This document shows, piece after piece, positions 1 through 10,483 of a stretch of 64,000 nucleotides of DNA. The notes under the pieces were generated by a model, which was not told the origin of the DNA, ran no database searches, and saw nothing but the letters and a program-made list of their open reading frames with translations. This DNA comes from Pseudomonadota bacterium (GTDB taxonomy: Bacteria; Pseudomonadota; Gammaproteobacteria; Burkholderiales; SG8-39): positions 1,162-65,161 of the forward strand of contig JAQBXT010000003.1 of assembly GCA_027624175.1 (NCBI GenBank), written 5' to 3'. Within the stretch, counting starts at the first letter, position 1. Every line of letters begins with the position of its first letter. The position numbers and the translations under genes are program-made.

Positions 1-711
1 CTCGACCAGCGCAGCCACGCGCTCATCGGTCCCCTCGCCGACGCCGACCGCCGCGCCGGCGCGCAGCTTGCCTTGCGCATCCTTGCTGGCGTTCGGGTGC
101 TCGGTCTCCTTCATGATGTCCTTGACCGTCACCAGTCCCATGAGTTGCCATTCGGCGTCCACGACCAGCACGCGCTCCAGGCGGTGCTTGTGCATCAGCT
201 CCTTGGCCTGCTCGCGGCTGGCGCCTTCGCGCACCGTGATCAGGTCCTTTTGCGGCGTCATGATGTTCTTCACGGGCTGATCGAGCCTGGTCTCGAAGCG
301 CAGATCGCGGTTGGTGACGATGCCGATCACCTTGCCAGCCTGGACCACGGGAAATCCGGAAATTTTGTGCTGCTTTTGCAGCGCCATCACGTCGCGCACG
401 GTCATTTCCGGCGCCACGATCATCGGATCGCGCAGCACGCCGGACTCGAAGCGCTTCACCTTGGCGACTTCGGCGGCCTGCTCCTGCGGCGAAAAGTTCT
501 TGTGGATGATGCCGAGGCCGCCTTCCTGCGCGATGGCGATCGCCAGCCGAGCCTCGGTGACCGTGTCCATGGCGGCGGACACGAGCGGGATATTCAGTGC
601 GAGCGTTCGGGTGAAGCGGGTCTTGAGGGAAACTTCGCGCGGCAGAACGCGGGAGTGCGCGGGAAGGAGGAGGACATCGTCGAAGGTCAGCGCCTTCTGG
701 ATGACGCGCAT
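1..711 (-). CDS. guaB: IMP dehydrogenase, 5' part (gene continues past the window start)
   Basis: Reverse translation from ATG (709-711) gives [72 protein letters not shown]..., then a CBS-type segment. Open to position 1; absent from the ORF track because no stop lies inside the window. Confidence 0.9.
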   Translation of the reverse strand, partial: MRVIQKALTFDDVLLLPAHSRVLPREVSLKTRFTRTLALNIPLVSAAMDTVTEARLAIAIAQEGGLGIIHKNFSPQEQAAEVAKVKRFESGVLRDPMIVAPEMTVRDVMALQKQHKISGFPVVQAGKVIGIVTNRDLRFETRLDQPVKNIMTPQKDLITVREGASREQAKELMHKHRLERVLVVDAEWQLMGLVTVKDIMKETEHPNASKDAQGKLRAGAAVGVGEGTDERVAALVE

Positions 712-809
712 GATCAGCCTTTCACGCAAAGCGGCATTATACTCGCGTCACTGAAATCCGCTCCCGCGCGCCGGGGGCAGAAGAGGAAATCGACATATCG
801 CGTATCCTG

Positions 810-1295
810 GTGCTGGTACTGACGCTTGCATTCGCCGCGGCCGCGTCCGCGCAGCTGTATCGCTGGGTCGACAAGGACGGCAAGGTGCGCTACGGCGACA
901 CGCCGCCGCCGGGGGTGAAAACCCGGTCGCTGGGGTCGGCGCCGGTTGCGGCCCCTCCGGCATCGGGCGACGAAGCCGCCAAGGACGATGCAGCCAACAA
1001 CGCCGCGGCCAAGGACGCGCACAAGGGCCCGCTGACACCGGCCGAGCAGGAGCAGGCATTCCGCAAGCGCCAGATGGAAGCGCGCAAGGCGCAGGAGAAA
1101 GAGGATCTGGCGCGCAAAGACAGCGAGGCCAAACAAGAGAATTGCGCCCGCGCCCGGGAAGCGCTCGCCACCTACGAGAGCGGGCAGCGCGTCGCACGCA
1201 CCACGCCGCAGGGCGAGCGCTACTACCTCGATGACGATGCGCGAGCATCCGAGGCCGTGAAAGCGCGCCAGGCGGTGAACGACTGGTGCAGCTGA
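810..1295 (+). CDS. DUF4124-type secreted protein
   Basis: 161-codon ORF starting at GTG 810. Signal-like LVLTLAFAAAASA is followed by the YRWVDKDGKVRYGDTPP motif typical of DUF4124; the middle is charged and Ala/Lys/Glu-rich. Confidence 0.7.
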   Translation: MLVLTLAFAAAASAQLYRWVDKDGKVRYGDTPPPGVKTRSLGSAPVAAPPASGDEAAKDDAANNAAAKDAHKGPLTPAEQEQAFRKRQMEARKAQEKEDLARKDSEAKQENCARAREALATYESGQRVARTTPQGERYYLDDDARASEAVKARQAVNDWCS

Positions 1296-1301
1296 ACCGG
1301 C

Positions 1302-1562
1302 TCAGCGCGCCGGGCGGCGCGCGCTGCGGCGACGCGATTCCTTAGGATCCACGCGCAACGGCCGGTAGATTTCCACCCGGTCGCCATCGGCGAGGCAGGC
1401 ATCCAGGGAAATTCGCCGGCCGTAGACACCCACCGCGTGGTGGGCAGCGATGCCGGCGGCCTCCAGCGCCATGCGCACTGTGGCGCCCTGCTCCAGATCC
1501 AGCGCTACCAGGTCCTGGCGCTCCGGCAGCGCCCGGATCACTTCAACGCGTATCCTGACCAT
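1302..1562 (-). CDS. rnfH: RnfH family (UPF0125) ubiquitin-fold protein
   Basis: Internal ATG at 1562 gives 86 aa: [18 protein letters not shown]...DGDRVEIYRPLRVDPKESRR, the RnfH signature. Conserved position downstream of ratA. Confidence 0.85.
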   Translation of the reverse strand: MVRIRVEVIRALPERQDLVALDLEQGATVRMALEAAGIAAHHAVGVYGRRISLDACLADGDRVEIYRPLRVDPKESRRRSARRPAR

Positions 1563-1986
1563 ACACTGAGTCTGCGCGGCGCTTGAAAGCGTCAACCATG
1601 GTGTTGGCGATGGTCTCGAACACCGGCCCCAGCGCCCTGGAAACGACAGCGCCGGCGAACTCGTACTCCAACGCGAAGTCGATGCGCGCGGCGAGTGGCC
1701 CCAACGGGCTGAAGCGCCAATGCGCCGCGAAGTGGCGGAACGGGCCTTCCACCAGGTGCATGTCGATCGCTTCGTGCGGCCGGTTTGCATTCTCCGTGGT
1801 GAACCGGTAGCGCATGCCCTTCATGCCGACGGCGAGCGTGGCCACGGTGCGCCCGGCCGCGCGCTCGCGCACCTGCGCCTCGGCGCACCAGGGCAGAAAC
1901 TCCGGATAGGCCTCGATGCGCTCGACCAGGGCGTACATCGCCGGGGCGGCGTGCTCGATGATGGCGGAGCGCGTGATGCGCTTCAT
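1543..1986 (-). CDS. ratA: SRPBCC/RatA (PasT, CoQ-binding) family protein
   Basis: 147 aa, [34 protein letters not shown]... Typical RatA/YfjG sequence, in the conserved smpB-ratA-rnfH neighbourhood. Confidence 0.85.
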   Translation of the reverse strand: MKRITRSAIIEHAAPAMYALVERIEAYPEFLPWCAEAQVRERAAGRTVATLAVGMKGMRYRFTTENANRPHEAIDMHLVEGPFRHFAAHWRFSPLGPLAARIDFALEYEFAGAVVSRALGPVFETIANTMVDAFKRRADSVYGQDTR

Positions 1987-2018
1987 GGGAGAATCGCGGC
2001 TCCCGCCCCATCGCCCCC

Positions 2019-2462
2019 ATGTCGATCGCCCAAAACCGCAAGGCTTTCCACGACTACTTCATCGAGGAACGCTATGAGGCCGGCGTCGCCCTCGAGGGCT
2101 GGGAGGTGAAGGCGATCCGCGCGGGCCGCGCGCAGCTGGCGGACGCCTACGTGCTGATCAAGGGCGAGGAACTGTGGTTGATCGGCGGCAACATCACGCC
2201 GCTGGCGACGGTGTCCACGCACTACGTGCCGGACCCCGGGCGCACGCGAAAACTGCTCCTGCACGCAGAGGAAATCCGCCGCCTGATCGGCAAGGTGCAG
2301 CAGCGCGGCTACGCGCTGATCCCGCTCGACCTGCATTTCAGCAAGGGGCGCATCAAGCTGGAGATGGGTCTGGCGCGCGGCAAGCTCAAGCACGACAAGC
2401 GGGCGGCCGAGCGCGACAAGCAGTGGCAGCGCGACAAGCAGAAACTGCTACGCAGCCGCTGA
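2019..2462 (+). CDS. smpB: SsrA-binding protein
   Basis: 147 aa, [34 protein letters not shown]...; basic C-terminal tail. Confidence 0.95.
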   Translation: MSIAQNRKAFHDYFIEERYEAGVALEGWEVKAIRAGRAQLADAYVLIKGEELWLIGGNITPLATVSTHYVPDPGRTRKLLLHAEEIRRLIGKVQQRGYALIPLDLHFSKGRIKLEMGLARGKLKHDKRAAERDKQWQRDKQKLLRSR

Positions 2463-4845
2463 GCGCCGCGGCGCCGGCGGCGCGCTGGCCAGCGCGTGCC
2501 AGGTGGCGACCACCGTATCCGGATTGAGCGACATGCTGTCGATGCCCTGCTCCATCAGCCAACGCGCCAGGTCGGGGTGGTCGGAGGGACCTTGCCCGCA
2601 GATGCCGACGTACTTGCCGTGCTTGCGGCAGGCGCGGATCGCCATCGCCAGCAGCGCTTTCACGGCGGCGTTGCGCTCGTCGAACTCTTCCGCCACCAGG
2701 CCGGAATCGCGATCCAGGCCGAGGGTCAGCTGGGTCAGGTCGTTGGAGCCGATGGAAAAACCGTCGAAATACTCGAGGAAGGCCTCGGCAAGCAGCGCGT
2801 TCGAAGGCAGCTCGCACATCATGACGATGCGCAAGCCATCCTCGCCGCGCCGCAGCCCGTTGCGCCCCAGCAGCTCGATCACCCGCCGCGCCTCGTCCAC
2901 CGTGCGCACGAAAGGCACCATCAGTTCGACGTTGGTGAGGCCGAGCTCGCCACGCACCTTGCGCAGGGCGGCGAATTCGAGCTCGAAACAGGGACGAAAG
3001 CTCTCGGCCAGGTAGCGCGCCGCGCCGCGAAAACCGAGCATCGGATTTTCTTCCTCGGGCTCGTAACGCTCGCCGCCCAGCAGCTTGCGGTATTCGTTCG
3101 ATTTGAAGTCGGACAGGCGCACGATCACCGGCTTGGGCCAGAACGCGGCGGCAATGGTGGCCACGCCCTCGACCAGCTTCTCGCGGAAAAAGCTCTTCGG
3201 GTCGGCGTAGCCGCGCGCGGCCGCCTGCACCTTGGCGCCCAGCTCGGGCGGCAGCTGCGCATGCTCGAGGCAGGCGCGCGGGTGCACGCCGATCTCGTTG
3301 TTGATCACGAATTCGATGCGCGCCAGGCCCACGCCGGCATTGGGCAGTTGCGCGAAATCGAACGCCAGCTGCGGGTTGCCGACGTTCATGGCAATCTTGA
3401 CGGGGATCTCGGGCATCGCGCCGCGCTCGATCCGGGTAGCCTCGAAAGGCAGACTGCCCTCGTAGACGTTGCCGGTGTCGCCCTCCGCGCAGGACACGGT
3501 GACCGCCTGGCCATCGCGCAGCTTCTCGGTGGCGTCGCCGCAGCCCACGACCGCGGGAATGCCCAGCTCGCGCGCGATGATCGCCGCATGGCAGGTGCCG
3601 CCCGCCGCGGTTGGTGACGATTGCCGCGGCCAGCTTCATCACCGGCTCCCAGTTCGGGTCGGTCATGTCCGTCACCAGCACGTCGCCCTTCTTTACGCTC
3701 GACATGAGCGCCGCACTGGCTACCAAGCGCACCGTCCCCGCGCCGATCTTGTGGCCGATGGCGCGGCCGGTGGCAAGCACCGGGCCGCGGCCCTTGAGAC
3801 GGAAGTGCTCCTCGGTGCCGGCGTGCGAGCGCGACTTGACCGTTTCCGGGCGCGCCTGCAGAACGTAGATGCGGCCGTCGCGGCCATCCTTGCCCCATTC
3901 GATGTCCATTGGCCGGCCATAGTGCTTTTCGATGACCACTGCGGCGCGCGCCAACTCCAGCACGTCAGCGTCCTCAAGCGAGTAGCGGTGGCGGTCCGCT
4001 TCGACCACCTCCACCGTGCGCACCGAGCGGCCGGCGCTCGAGGTTTCGGCGAACACCATTTTCTGCAGCTTGGTGCCGAGCGTGCGCCGGATCACCGCCG
4101 GCCGGCCGCGCTCGAGCATGGGTTTGTGCACGTAAAACTCATCCGGGTTGACCGCGCCCTGCACCACCATCTCGCCCAATCCGTAGGAAGAAGTGATGAA
4201 CACCACCCCGCGGAACCCGGACTCCGTATCGAGCGTGAACATGACCCCGCTCGCACCGAGGTCGCTGCGCACCATCTGCTGCACGGCCGCCGAAAGGGCG
4301 ACGTCGCCATGTGCAAAGCCCTGGTGCGCGCGGTAGGAGATGGCTCGATCGTTGTACAGCGAGGCGAACACATGCCGGATCGCCTGCAGGATGCTGTCCG
4401 CGCCGTGGATGTTCAGAAAGGTTTCCTGCTGGCCTGCGAACGACGCGTCAGGCAGATCCTCGGCGGTCGCCGATGACCTGACCGCAAACGACATTTCACT
4501 CGAGGAGTCTTCTGTAAGCTTTTGATAATACGTTCTTATCTCTTTCTTACATTTTTCCGGAATGGGCGCGGCCTCGATCCAGCCCCGGATCTCAGCGCCA
4601 CAGCGCGCCAGCGCCTCTACGTCCCCCTGCTTCAGTCCGGCAATGCGATTGGCGATGCGGGTTTCCAGGCCGTCCTGGCGCAGGAATTCGCGGTAGGCAT
4701 CCGCCGTGGTGGCGAAGCCGCCGGGAACGCGGATGCCGGCCTTGGCCAGCATGCCGATCATCTCTCCCAGGGACGCGTTCTTGCCGCCGACCTGCGGCAG
4801 ATCGGCGAGGCGCAGGTCCTTCAACCAAGCAACGTGCATTGTCAT
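2448..4845 (-). pseudogene. ppsA: Phosphoenolpyruvate synthase, reading frame broken by one extra base near 3597-3603
   Basis: The N-terminal frame (ORF 2386..4845) reads [11 protein letters not shown] ... IVTNRGGR and then turns to junk. The C-terminal part (ORF 2448..3548 frame) resumes with [25 protein letters not shown]... to a normal PpsA end. Total length is 2398 nt = 3n+1. Confidence 0.9.
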
Positions 4846-4894
4846 CCCGAATATTGCGGTTGCCGATGGGCGCCGAAGGTCTTATTTTAGACCC

Positions 4895-5719
4895 ATGCCG
4901 CAGCGCCGCACCGTGTTCTTCGTCTCCGACGGCACCGGCATCACGGCGCAAATGCTGGGCCACAGCCTGCTCACGCAATTCGAGGGCGTGGAATTCCATC
5001 AGGTCACCCTGCCGTTCATCAATTCGCCGGACCAGGCCGAGGACTGCCGCGCGCGCATCCAGGCCGAGCGCGAACTGGGCAACGGCCAGCCGATCGTCTT
5101 TTCCACACTGGTGAATGGCGATCTGCGCGCGGTGGCGCGCAAAGCCGATGCGCTGTTCGTGGACTTCTTCGAGACCTTCATCGACCAGATGGAGACCGGC
5201 CTGGGCGTGAAATCCAACCACACCATCGGACGCTCGCACAGCGCGATGGACAAGCCGGGCTACGCACACCGCATGGAAGCCATCAATTTCTCCATGGCGC
5301 ACGATGACGGCGCCTCGCACGCGGAGCCCGAACAGGCAGATGTCATCCTGGTGGGCGTGTCACGCAGCGGCAAGACGCCGACCAGCCTGTACCTGGCCCT
5401 GCAGTTCGGCCTCAAGGCGGCGAACTATCCCCTGATCCCCGAGGACTTCGAGCGCATGCAATTGCCGCCCGCGCTGGTGCCGTGCAAATCGCGGCTCTAC
5501 GGGCTGAGCATCGCGCCGGAGCGCCTGCGCGAGATTCGCCAGGAGCGCAGGCCGGACAGCCGCTACGCCAGCCTGGAGAACTGCCGCTACGAGGTCGACC
5601 AGGCCGAGGCACTGATGCGCCGCGAGGGCATCCGCTGGACCAATTCCACCGCCAAGTCGATCGAGGAAATCGCCACGACCATCCTGCGCGAGCTCAGGAT
5701 CGAACGCCACGTGTACTGA
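4895..5719 (+). CDS. ppsR: Pyruvate, water dikinase regulatory protein (PEP synthase kinase/phosphorylase, DUF299)
   Basis: ATG at 4895 gives MPQRRTVFFVSDGTGITAQMLGHSLLTQF ... VGVSRSGKTPTSLYLA (P-loop). Divergent from ppsA, as is usual. Confidence 0.9.
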   Translation: MPQRRTVFFVSDGTGITAQMLGHSLLTQFEGVEFHQVTLPFINSPDQAEDCRARIQAERELGNGQPIVFSTLVNGDLRAVARKADALFVDFFETFIDQMETGLGVKSNHTIGRSHSAMDKPGYAHRMEAINFSMAHDDGASHAEPEQADVILVGVSRSGKTPTSLYLALQFGLKAANYPLIPEDFERMQLPPALVPCKSRLYGLSIAPERLREIRQERRPDSRYASLENCRYEVDQAEALMRREGIRWTNSTAKSIEEIATTILRELRIERHVY

Positions 5720-6485
5720 GCTGCCGCGCGCGCTCGTGGAACAGGATCGCCGCAGCGGCGGCGACATTCAGCGATTCGACGCCGCTGGCCAGGGCGATGC
5801 TGACATGCAATGACGCCCGGGCGGCGGCGGCGGCGCTGACGCCCTGCCCCTCCGCCCCGAGGATCCACCCCACGGCATTGCCAAGGTCCAGCGTCTCCGG
5901 CACCTCGCCACCGGAAGCGGCAGCGCAAATCAGCGTGCCGCGAAAGCCCGTCAGCGCCGCTGCGAGGTCCGCGACCACCGCGATGCGCAGCATGAAGTGG
6001 CCGCCCATGCCGGCGCGCAAGACTTTCGGCGACCAGGGATCGGCGCAGCCCGGTCCCAGCACCGCCGTGTCTACGCCGAACGCCGCCGCGCTCCTGAGGA
6101 TCGCGCCGACATTTCCCGCGTCCTGCACGGCGTCCAGGAATACCGCGTGCCTGGCCGCTGCGAGATCCGCTGCGCCCTCGGGCAGGCCGATCTCGGCCGC
6201 GAGGCCCGCCGGCGTTGCCGCGTCCACCACCCAGCGGAACAAGGCGTCCGGCAGGGTGACCGGTTCGAGCGCAGTGCGGCGCACGAGGTCCGCGATCTCC
6301 GGTTTGGCACCGCCCGATTCGCTCACCAGGACCGCCCGCGGACGCCCGCCGGATGCAAGGTAGGCCGAGAGCAGATGCGGCCCCTCGAGCAGGGTTCGGT
6401 GCTCGCCGTGCCGCGCGCTGCTGTCGTGCGCCAGCGCGTGCCAGCGGCGCACGCGCGGGTTGTCGCGCGAGCGCAGCGTGCTCAT
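5694..6485 (-). CDS. TrmH/SpoU family RNA 2'-O-methyltransferase
   Basis: ATG at 6485 gives [18 protein letters not shown] ... [21 protein letters not shown] ... GAEGQGVS ... [15 protein letters not shown] (SpoU motifs). Start overlaps the rnhB stop by 4 nt. Confidence 0.85.
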   Translation of the reverse strand: MSTLRSRDNPRVRRWHALAHDSSARHGEHRTLLEGPHLLSAYLASGGRPRAVLVSESGGAKPEIADLVRRTALEPVTLPDALFRWVVDAATPAGLAAEIGLPEGAADLAAARHAVFLDAVQDAGNVGAILRSAAAFGVDTAVLGPGCADPWSPKVLRAGMGGHFMLRIAVVADLAAALTGFRGTLICAAASGGEVPETLDLGNAVGWILGAEGQGVSAAAAARASLHVSIALASGVESLNVAAAAAILFHERARQLSTRGVRS

Positions 6486-7069
6486 GCGAGCCACGCCTGC
6501 CGGACCGGGGCGAAGGAGCGCCTGTGAATCTCGCTGGCGCCGTAGCGGGCGAGCCGTGCCAGATGCTCGGGCGTCGGGTAGCCCTTGTGCCGGTCGAGAC
6601 CGTAGACCGGGTAGCGTGCGTGCAGCCTCAACATCTCCGCGTCGCGCGCCGTCTTGGCCAGGATGGAGGCGGCGGAAATCTGCGGGATGATGCGGTCCCC
6701 GCCGACCACTGCCCGGGCCGCGCATCGCAGCGCGGGGCAGCGGTTGCCGTCGACCCACGCTTCCACCGGCGCGATGGCAAGGTCCTCTACCGCGCGGCGC
6801 ATTGCCAACAGCGTTGCCTGGAGGATGTTGAGCCGATCGATTTCCTCGACGCTGGCGCTGGCCACGGCCCAGGCCAGAGCCCGGTCGCGGATCGATTCCG
6901 CCAGCGCCTCGCGGCGCGCGGCGCTGAGCAGCTTGGAATCCTTCAGGCCCTCGACCGGCCGCCGGGCATCCAGCAGGACCGCGGCCGCGTACACCGGACC
7001 CGCGATCGGTCCGCGACCCGCCTCGTCCACGCCGCAGATCAGGCGCCCGGCGTCAGGCACGGCCTGCAT
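6482..7069 (-). CDS. rnhB: Ribonuclease HII
   Basis: ATG at 7069; [21 protein letters not shown] ... DSKLLS ... KGYPTPEH. Confidence 0.92.
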   Translation of the reverse strand: MQAVPDAGRLICGVDEAGRGPIAGPVYAAAVLLDARRPVEGLKDSKLLSAARREALAESIRDRALAWAVASASVEEIDRLNILQATLLAMRRAVEDLAIAPVEAWVDGNRCPALRCAARAVVGGDRIIPQISAASILAKTARDAEMLRLHARYPVYGLDRHKGYPTPEHLARLARYGASEIHRRSFAPVRQAWLA

Positions 7070-8213
7070 CGAGCACGCCCAATACCGCGTCGGCGGCCTT
7101 CTGCGCCGTGTTCTGGCGCAGCAGCGCATGGAATTCGCGGAACTTCTCGACCTGCCGGCGCTGCAATGCCGTATCGCGCAGCAGGTCGAGCAACGCCGCG
7201 GCCAGCGCCGCGGGTGTCGCCTTGCCCTGCACCAGCTCCGGCACCAGGCGCTCGCCGGCGAGGATGTTCGGCATGCCGATATAGGGCAGGTACAGCATGC
7301 GCCGCTGCAAGGCCCAGGACAGCGGCGACTGCCGGTAGGTAATCACCATCGGTGTCTTGTACAGCGCCGCCTCCAGCGTCGCCGTGCCGCTCGCCACCAA
7401 CGCCAGGTCCGCCGCGGCGAGCGCCTCGTGCGAATGCCCGAACAGCAGCGTGAGCGGCAGGTCGGTGCGTTCGTGCAAGCGTAGCGCGTTATTGAACAGC
7501 TCCCGCGTCTGCCGCGTCGCCAGCGGACAGACGAAATGCACGTCGGGAATGTCCTGACGCAAGCGGTGCGCCGCAAGCACGAACGCATCGGCCATGTACT
7601 CCAGCTCAGAGCGCCGGCTGCCGGGCAACAGGGCGATGACCAGCTTGCCGAGCGGCAGCCGCAGCTGGGCGCGCGCCGCGGCCTTGTCCACGTCCATGGG
7701 GATCACGTCGGCGAGCGGATGGCCCACATAGGTCACCGGAACCCCAAGCTTTGCGTACAGCGCCGGTTCGAAAGGAAACATGGCCAGCAGGTGCGTGGCG
7801 GAGCGCGCCACGCGGCGCACGCGCCAGCCGCGCCAGGCCCACACGGAGGGGCTCACGTAGTGCACCGTCGGCACGCCAGCGTCCTTCAGACGCCGCTCGA
7901 GGTCCAGGTTGAAGTCCGACGCGTCCACGCCGATGAACAGGTCCGGCGGGTCGTCGAGCAGCGCATCGCCCAGCTGGCGGCGGATGCGCATGATCTCGCG
8001 GTAATGGCGCAGCGCTTCCGTGTAGCCGCGCACCGCCAGCTTGTCCATCGGCACGGAAACCTCGAAGCCCTGTGCCGCCATGCGTGGCCCGCCAATGCCG
8101 TCGAAGCGCAGACCAGGGCGCCGCGCCTGCAGCGCGGCGATCAGATGGGCTCCCAGCTGGTCCCCGGAAGACTCACCCGCCACCATGGCGATGCGGGTTG
8201 CGCGCTCTCCCAC
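7053..8213 (-). CDS. lpxB: Lipid-A-disaccharide synthase
   Basis: [19 protein letters not shown] ... LLPGSRRSE ... [11 protein letters not shown]. Start taken as GTG 8213, 4 nt after the lpxA stop; ATG 8186 is the alternative. Confidence 0.9.
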   Translation of the reverse strand: MGERATRIAMVAGESSGDQLGAHLIAALQARRPGLRFDGIGGPRMAAQGFEVSVPMDKLAVRGYTEALRHYREIMRIRRQLGDALLDDPPDLFIGVDASDFNLDLERRLKDAGVPTVHYVSPSVWAWRGWRVRRVARSATHLLAMFPFEPALYAKLGVPVTYVGHPLADVIPMDVDKAAARAQLRLPLGKLVIALLPGSRRSELEYMADAFVLAAHRLRQDIPDVHFVCPLATRQTRELFNNALRLHERTDLPLTLLFGHSHEALAAADLALVASGTATLEAALYKTPMVITYRQSPLSWALQRRMLYLPYIGMPNILAGERLVPELVQGKATPAALAAALLDLLRDTALQRRQVEKFREFHALLRQNTAQKAADAVLGVLDAGRA

Positions 8214-8217
8214 GGTG

Positions 8218-9000
8218 CTAGCGGATGAAACCGCGGCGGGAGCGCGCGAGGAACTCCAGCAGCATGCCGACCTCCGCGCATTGCTCCGCCTGCACAGCGA
8301 GCTCGCGCTTGGCGTCCTCCAGGCCCAGCCCTGCACGATACAGCGTGCGGTATGCGCCCTTGATCCTGGCGATCACCTCCGCGCTGAAGCCCCGGCGCCG
8401 CAGGCCCTCGCTGTTGATGCCGTGGGGCTTGGCCATGTTTCCCGCCGCCATCACGTAAGGCGGCAGGTCCTGGGACAAGTAGGTGCCCATGCCGGTGAAG
8501 CTGTGCGCGCCGATCTGCACGAACTGGTGCACCAGCGTGACGCCGCCGAGGATCGCCCAGTCGCCGACGTGCACATGGCCCGCCAGCTCGCTGGCATTGG
8601 CGAAGATAGTGTGGCTGCCGACCTGGCAATCGTGTGCGAAATGCACGTAGGCCATGATCCAGTTGTCGTCGCCGACGCGGGTCACGCCGGCATCGCGCGC
8701 GGTGCCGCGATTGATGGTGACGTATTCCCGCAGCGTATTGCCGTCGCCGATCTCCACGGCGGTGTCCTCGCCGTCGTATTTCTTGTCCTGCGGCGGCGCG
8801 CCGATGGAGGCGAACTGGTAGATGCGGTTATTGCGCCCGATGCGCGTACGGCCCTCGATGATCACGTGCGGACCGATCCAGCTGCCCTCCCCCAGTTCCA
8901 CTTTTTCACCGATGATTGAGAAGGCGCCGACCGACACGCCTGGCGCGAGCTTCGCGCCTGGATGCACGATGGCACTGGGGTGCACCTGTGCTGCGTTCAC
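8218..9000 (-). CDS. lpxA: Acyl-ACP--UDP-N-acetylglucosamine O-acyltransferase
   Basis: 260 aa with hexapeptide repeats: IHPSAIVHPGAKLAPGVSVGAFSIIG ... C-terminal helical domain. GTG start at 9000. Confidence 0.93.
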   Translation of the reverse strand: MNAAQVHPSAIVHPGAKLAPGVSVGAFSIIGEKVELGEGSWIGPHVIIEGRTRIGRNNRIYQFASIGAPPQDKKYDGEDTAVEIGDGNTLREYVTINRGTARDAGVTRVGDDNWIMAYVHFAHDCQVGSHTIFANASELAGHVHVGDWAILGGVTLVHQFVQIGAHSFTGMGTYLSQDLPPYVMAAGNMAKPHGINSEGLRRRGFSAEVIARIKGAYRTLYRAGLGLEDAKRELAVQAEQCAEVGMLLEFLARSRRGFIR

Positions 9001-9449
9001 TGTTGCCTTTTAACCTGCTCAGTGACAAGGATTTCGGCTTCGGTGACCGTGACGCCGTCGACGCGCGCGACGCAGGCGAATTTCCAGATGGTGCGCTTGT
9101 GCGCCAGGATCACAGCCTCGATTTCGAGCCGATCGCCCGGGACGACCGGCTTCTTGAAGCGCGCCCCGTCGATGCCGGCGTAGTAGTAAACGGTGTTCGC
9201 GTCCGGCTTGTCGCCGCGCGTGCGGAATACCAGAATGCCCGCGGCCTGCCCCATCGCCTCGAGGATCAGCACGCCGGGCATGATCGGCAGGCCGGGAAAG
9301 TGACCGAGAAAATACGGCTCGTTGCTGCTGACATTCTTCAACGCCACGATGCGCTTGCCCGGCTCGCACTCGAGCACGCGGTCGATCATCAGCATCGGAT
9401 AGCGCTGCGGCAGGTAATCGAGGATGTTCATCGCATCCAGCTCAGCCAT
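8997..9449 (-). CDS. fabZ: 3-hydroxyacyl-ACP dehydratase
   Basis: ATG 9449; LPQRYPMLMIDRVLE ... NEPYFLGHFPGLPIMPGVLILEAMGQ. Confidence 0.95.
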   Translation of the reverse strand: MAELDAMNILDYLPQRYPMLMIDRVLECEPGKRIVALKNVSSNEPYFLGHFPGLPIMPGVLILEAMGQAAGILVFRTRGDKPDANTVYYYAGIDGARFKKPVVPGDRLEIEAVILAHKRTIWKFACVARVDGVTVTEAEILVTEQVKRQQ

Positions 9450-10482
9450 CGCTTTTCTTCCTTGGTTTGCCGCGCTTCTCGAGCGCGCGGACGCGGTCGG
9501 CGAGATCCGCCAGGTGACGGACCAGCGCGGTATTGCGGGCCCAGGAGGCATGGTCGTCGAAAGGGTACATGCCGGTGTAGGTGCCGGGCTTGCGGATGGA
9601 GCGCGAAATCACGGTCGCGGCGGAAATGTGCACGTCGTCGCAGATGCTCAGGTGGCCCAGGATTACGGCCGCACCCCCGACCGTGCAGCGCCGCCCGATG
9701 TTCGCGCTGCCGGCGACGCCCGCCCGCCCCGCCATCGCCGTATGTGCGCCGATGCGGCAGTTATGGCCGATCTGGATCTGGTTGTCGAGCTTCACACCGT
9801 CCTCGATCACCGTGTCGTCCACCGTGCCGCGGTCGATGGTGGTGTTGGCGCCGATCTCGACGTCGTCGCCGATCAGCACACGGCCGATCTGCGGGACCTT
9901 GAGCCAGCGCCCGCCCTCCTGCGCCATGCCGAAGCCGTCGGCCCCGATCACCGCACCGGAGTGCACGAGGGCGCGCGCGCCGATGCGGCAGGACGCGTAC
10001 ACCACCACCGAGGGATAGAGATGGCTGTCGGCACCGATCGCCGTGTCCGCACCAATGTAGCAGCCCTCCCCGATCCAGGCGCGTTCGCCGATCTCGGCGC
10101 CGGCGCAGATCACCGCACCCGCCTCGACACGCGCGCTTGGTGCGACACGGGCCGCGGGATCAATGATGCACGCGGCATGGCGACCGGGCTGCGGCGCCGC
10201 GATCGGATTGAGCAGCAACGACAGGCGGGCGAAATACGGATACGGATCGTCGCTGACGATGCGCGGCAGCGCGGTGAGCGCTTCGGCCTCCGGCGCCAGC
10301 ACGACTGCGCCGGCCCGGGTGCCCGCCAGCCGCGCCTTGTAGCGGGCGCTGGCGAGGAAGGCGATCTGGTGCGCGCCGGCATGCTCCAGCGACCCGACCT
10401 GCTCGATGCGCAGGTCGGGGTCGCCGACCACGCGCCCGCCGAGAGTGGACGCGATCTCGCCGAGGGAGAGCGGGCCCGGCAT
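9442..10482 (-). CDS. lpxD: UDP-3-O-acylglucosamine N-acyltransferase
   Basis: 346 aa; N-terminal LSLGEIASTLGG..., then a long left-handed beta-helix of hexapeptide repeats. Confidence 0.93.
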   Translation of the reverse strand: MPGPLSLGEIASTLGGRVVGDPDLRIEQVGSLEHAGAHQIAFLASARYKARLAGTRAGAVVLAPEAEALTALPRIVSDDPYPYFARLSLLLNPIAAPQPGRHAACIIDPAARVAPSARVEAGAVICAGAEIGERAWIGEGCYIGADTAIGADSHLYPSVVVYASCRIGARALVHSGAVIGADGFGMAQEGGRWLKVPQIGRVLIGDDVEIGANTTIDRGTVDDTVIEDGVKLDNQIQIGHNCRIGAHTAMAGRAGVAGSANIGRRCTVGGAAVILGHLSICDDVHISAATVISRSIRKPGTYTGMYPFDDHASWARNTALVRHLADLADRVRALEKRGKPRKKSDG

Positions 10483-10483
10483 C

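Noticed and set aside
1987-2018. Looked for tmRNA (ssrA) next to smpB.
   Set aside because: The smpB flanks are only a 32-bp divergent spacer to ratA and a convergent overlap with ppsA, leaving no room for a ~360-nt tmRNA. None was seen elsewhere in the window.
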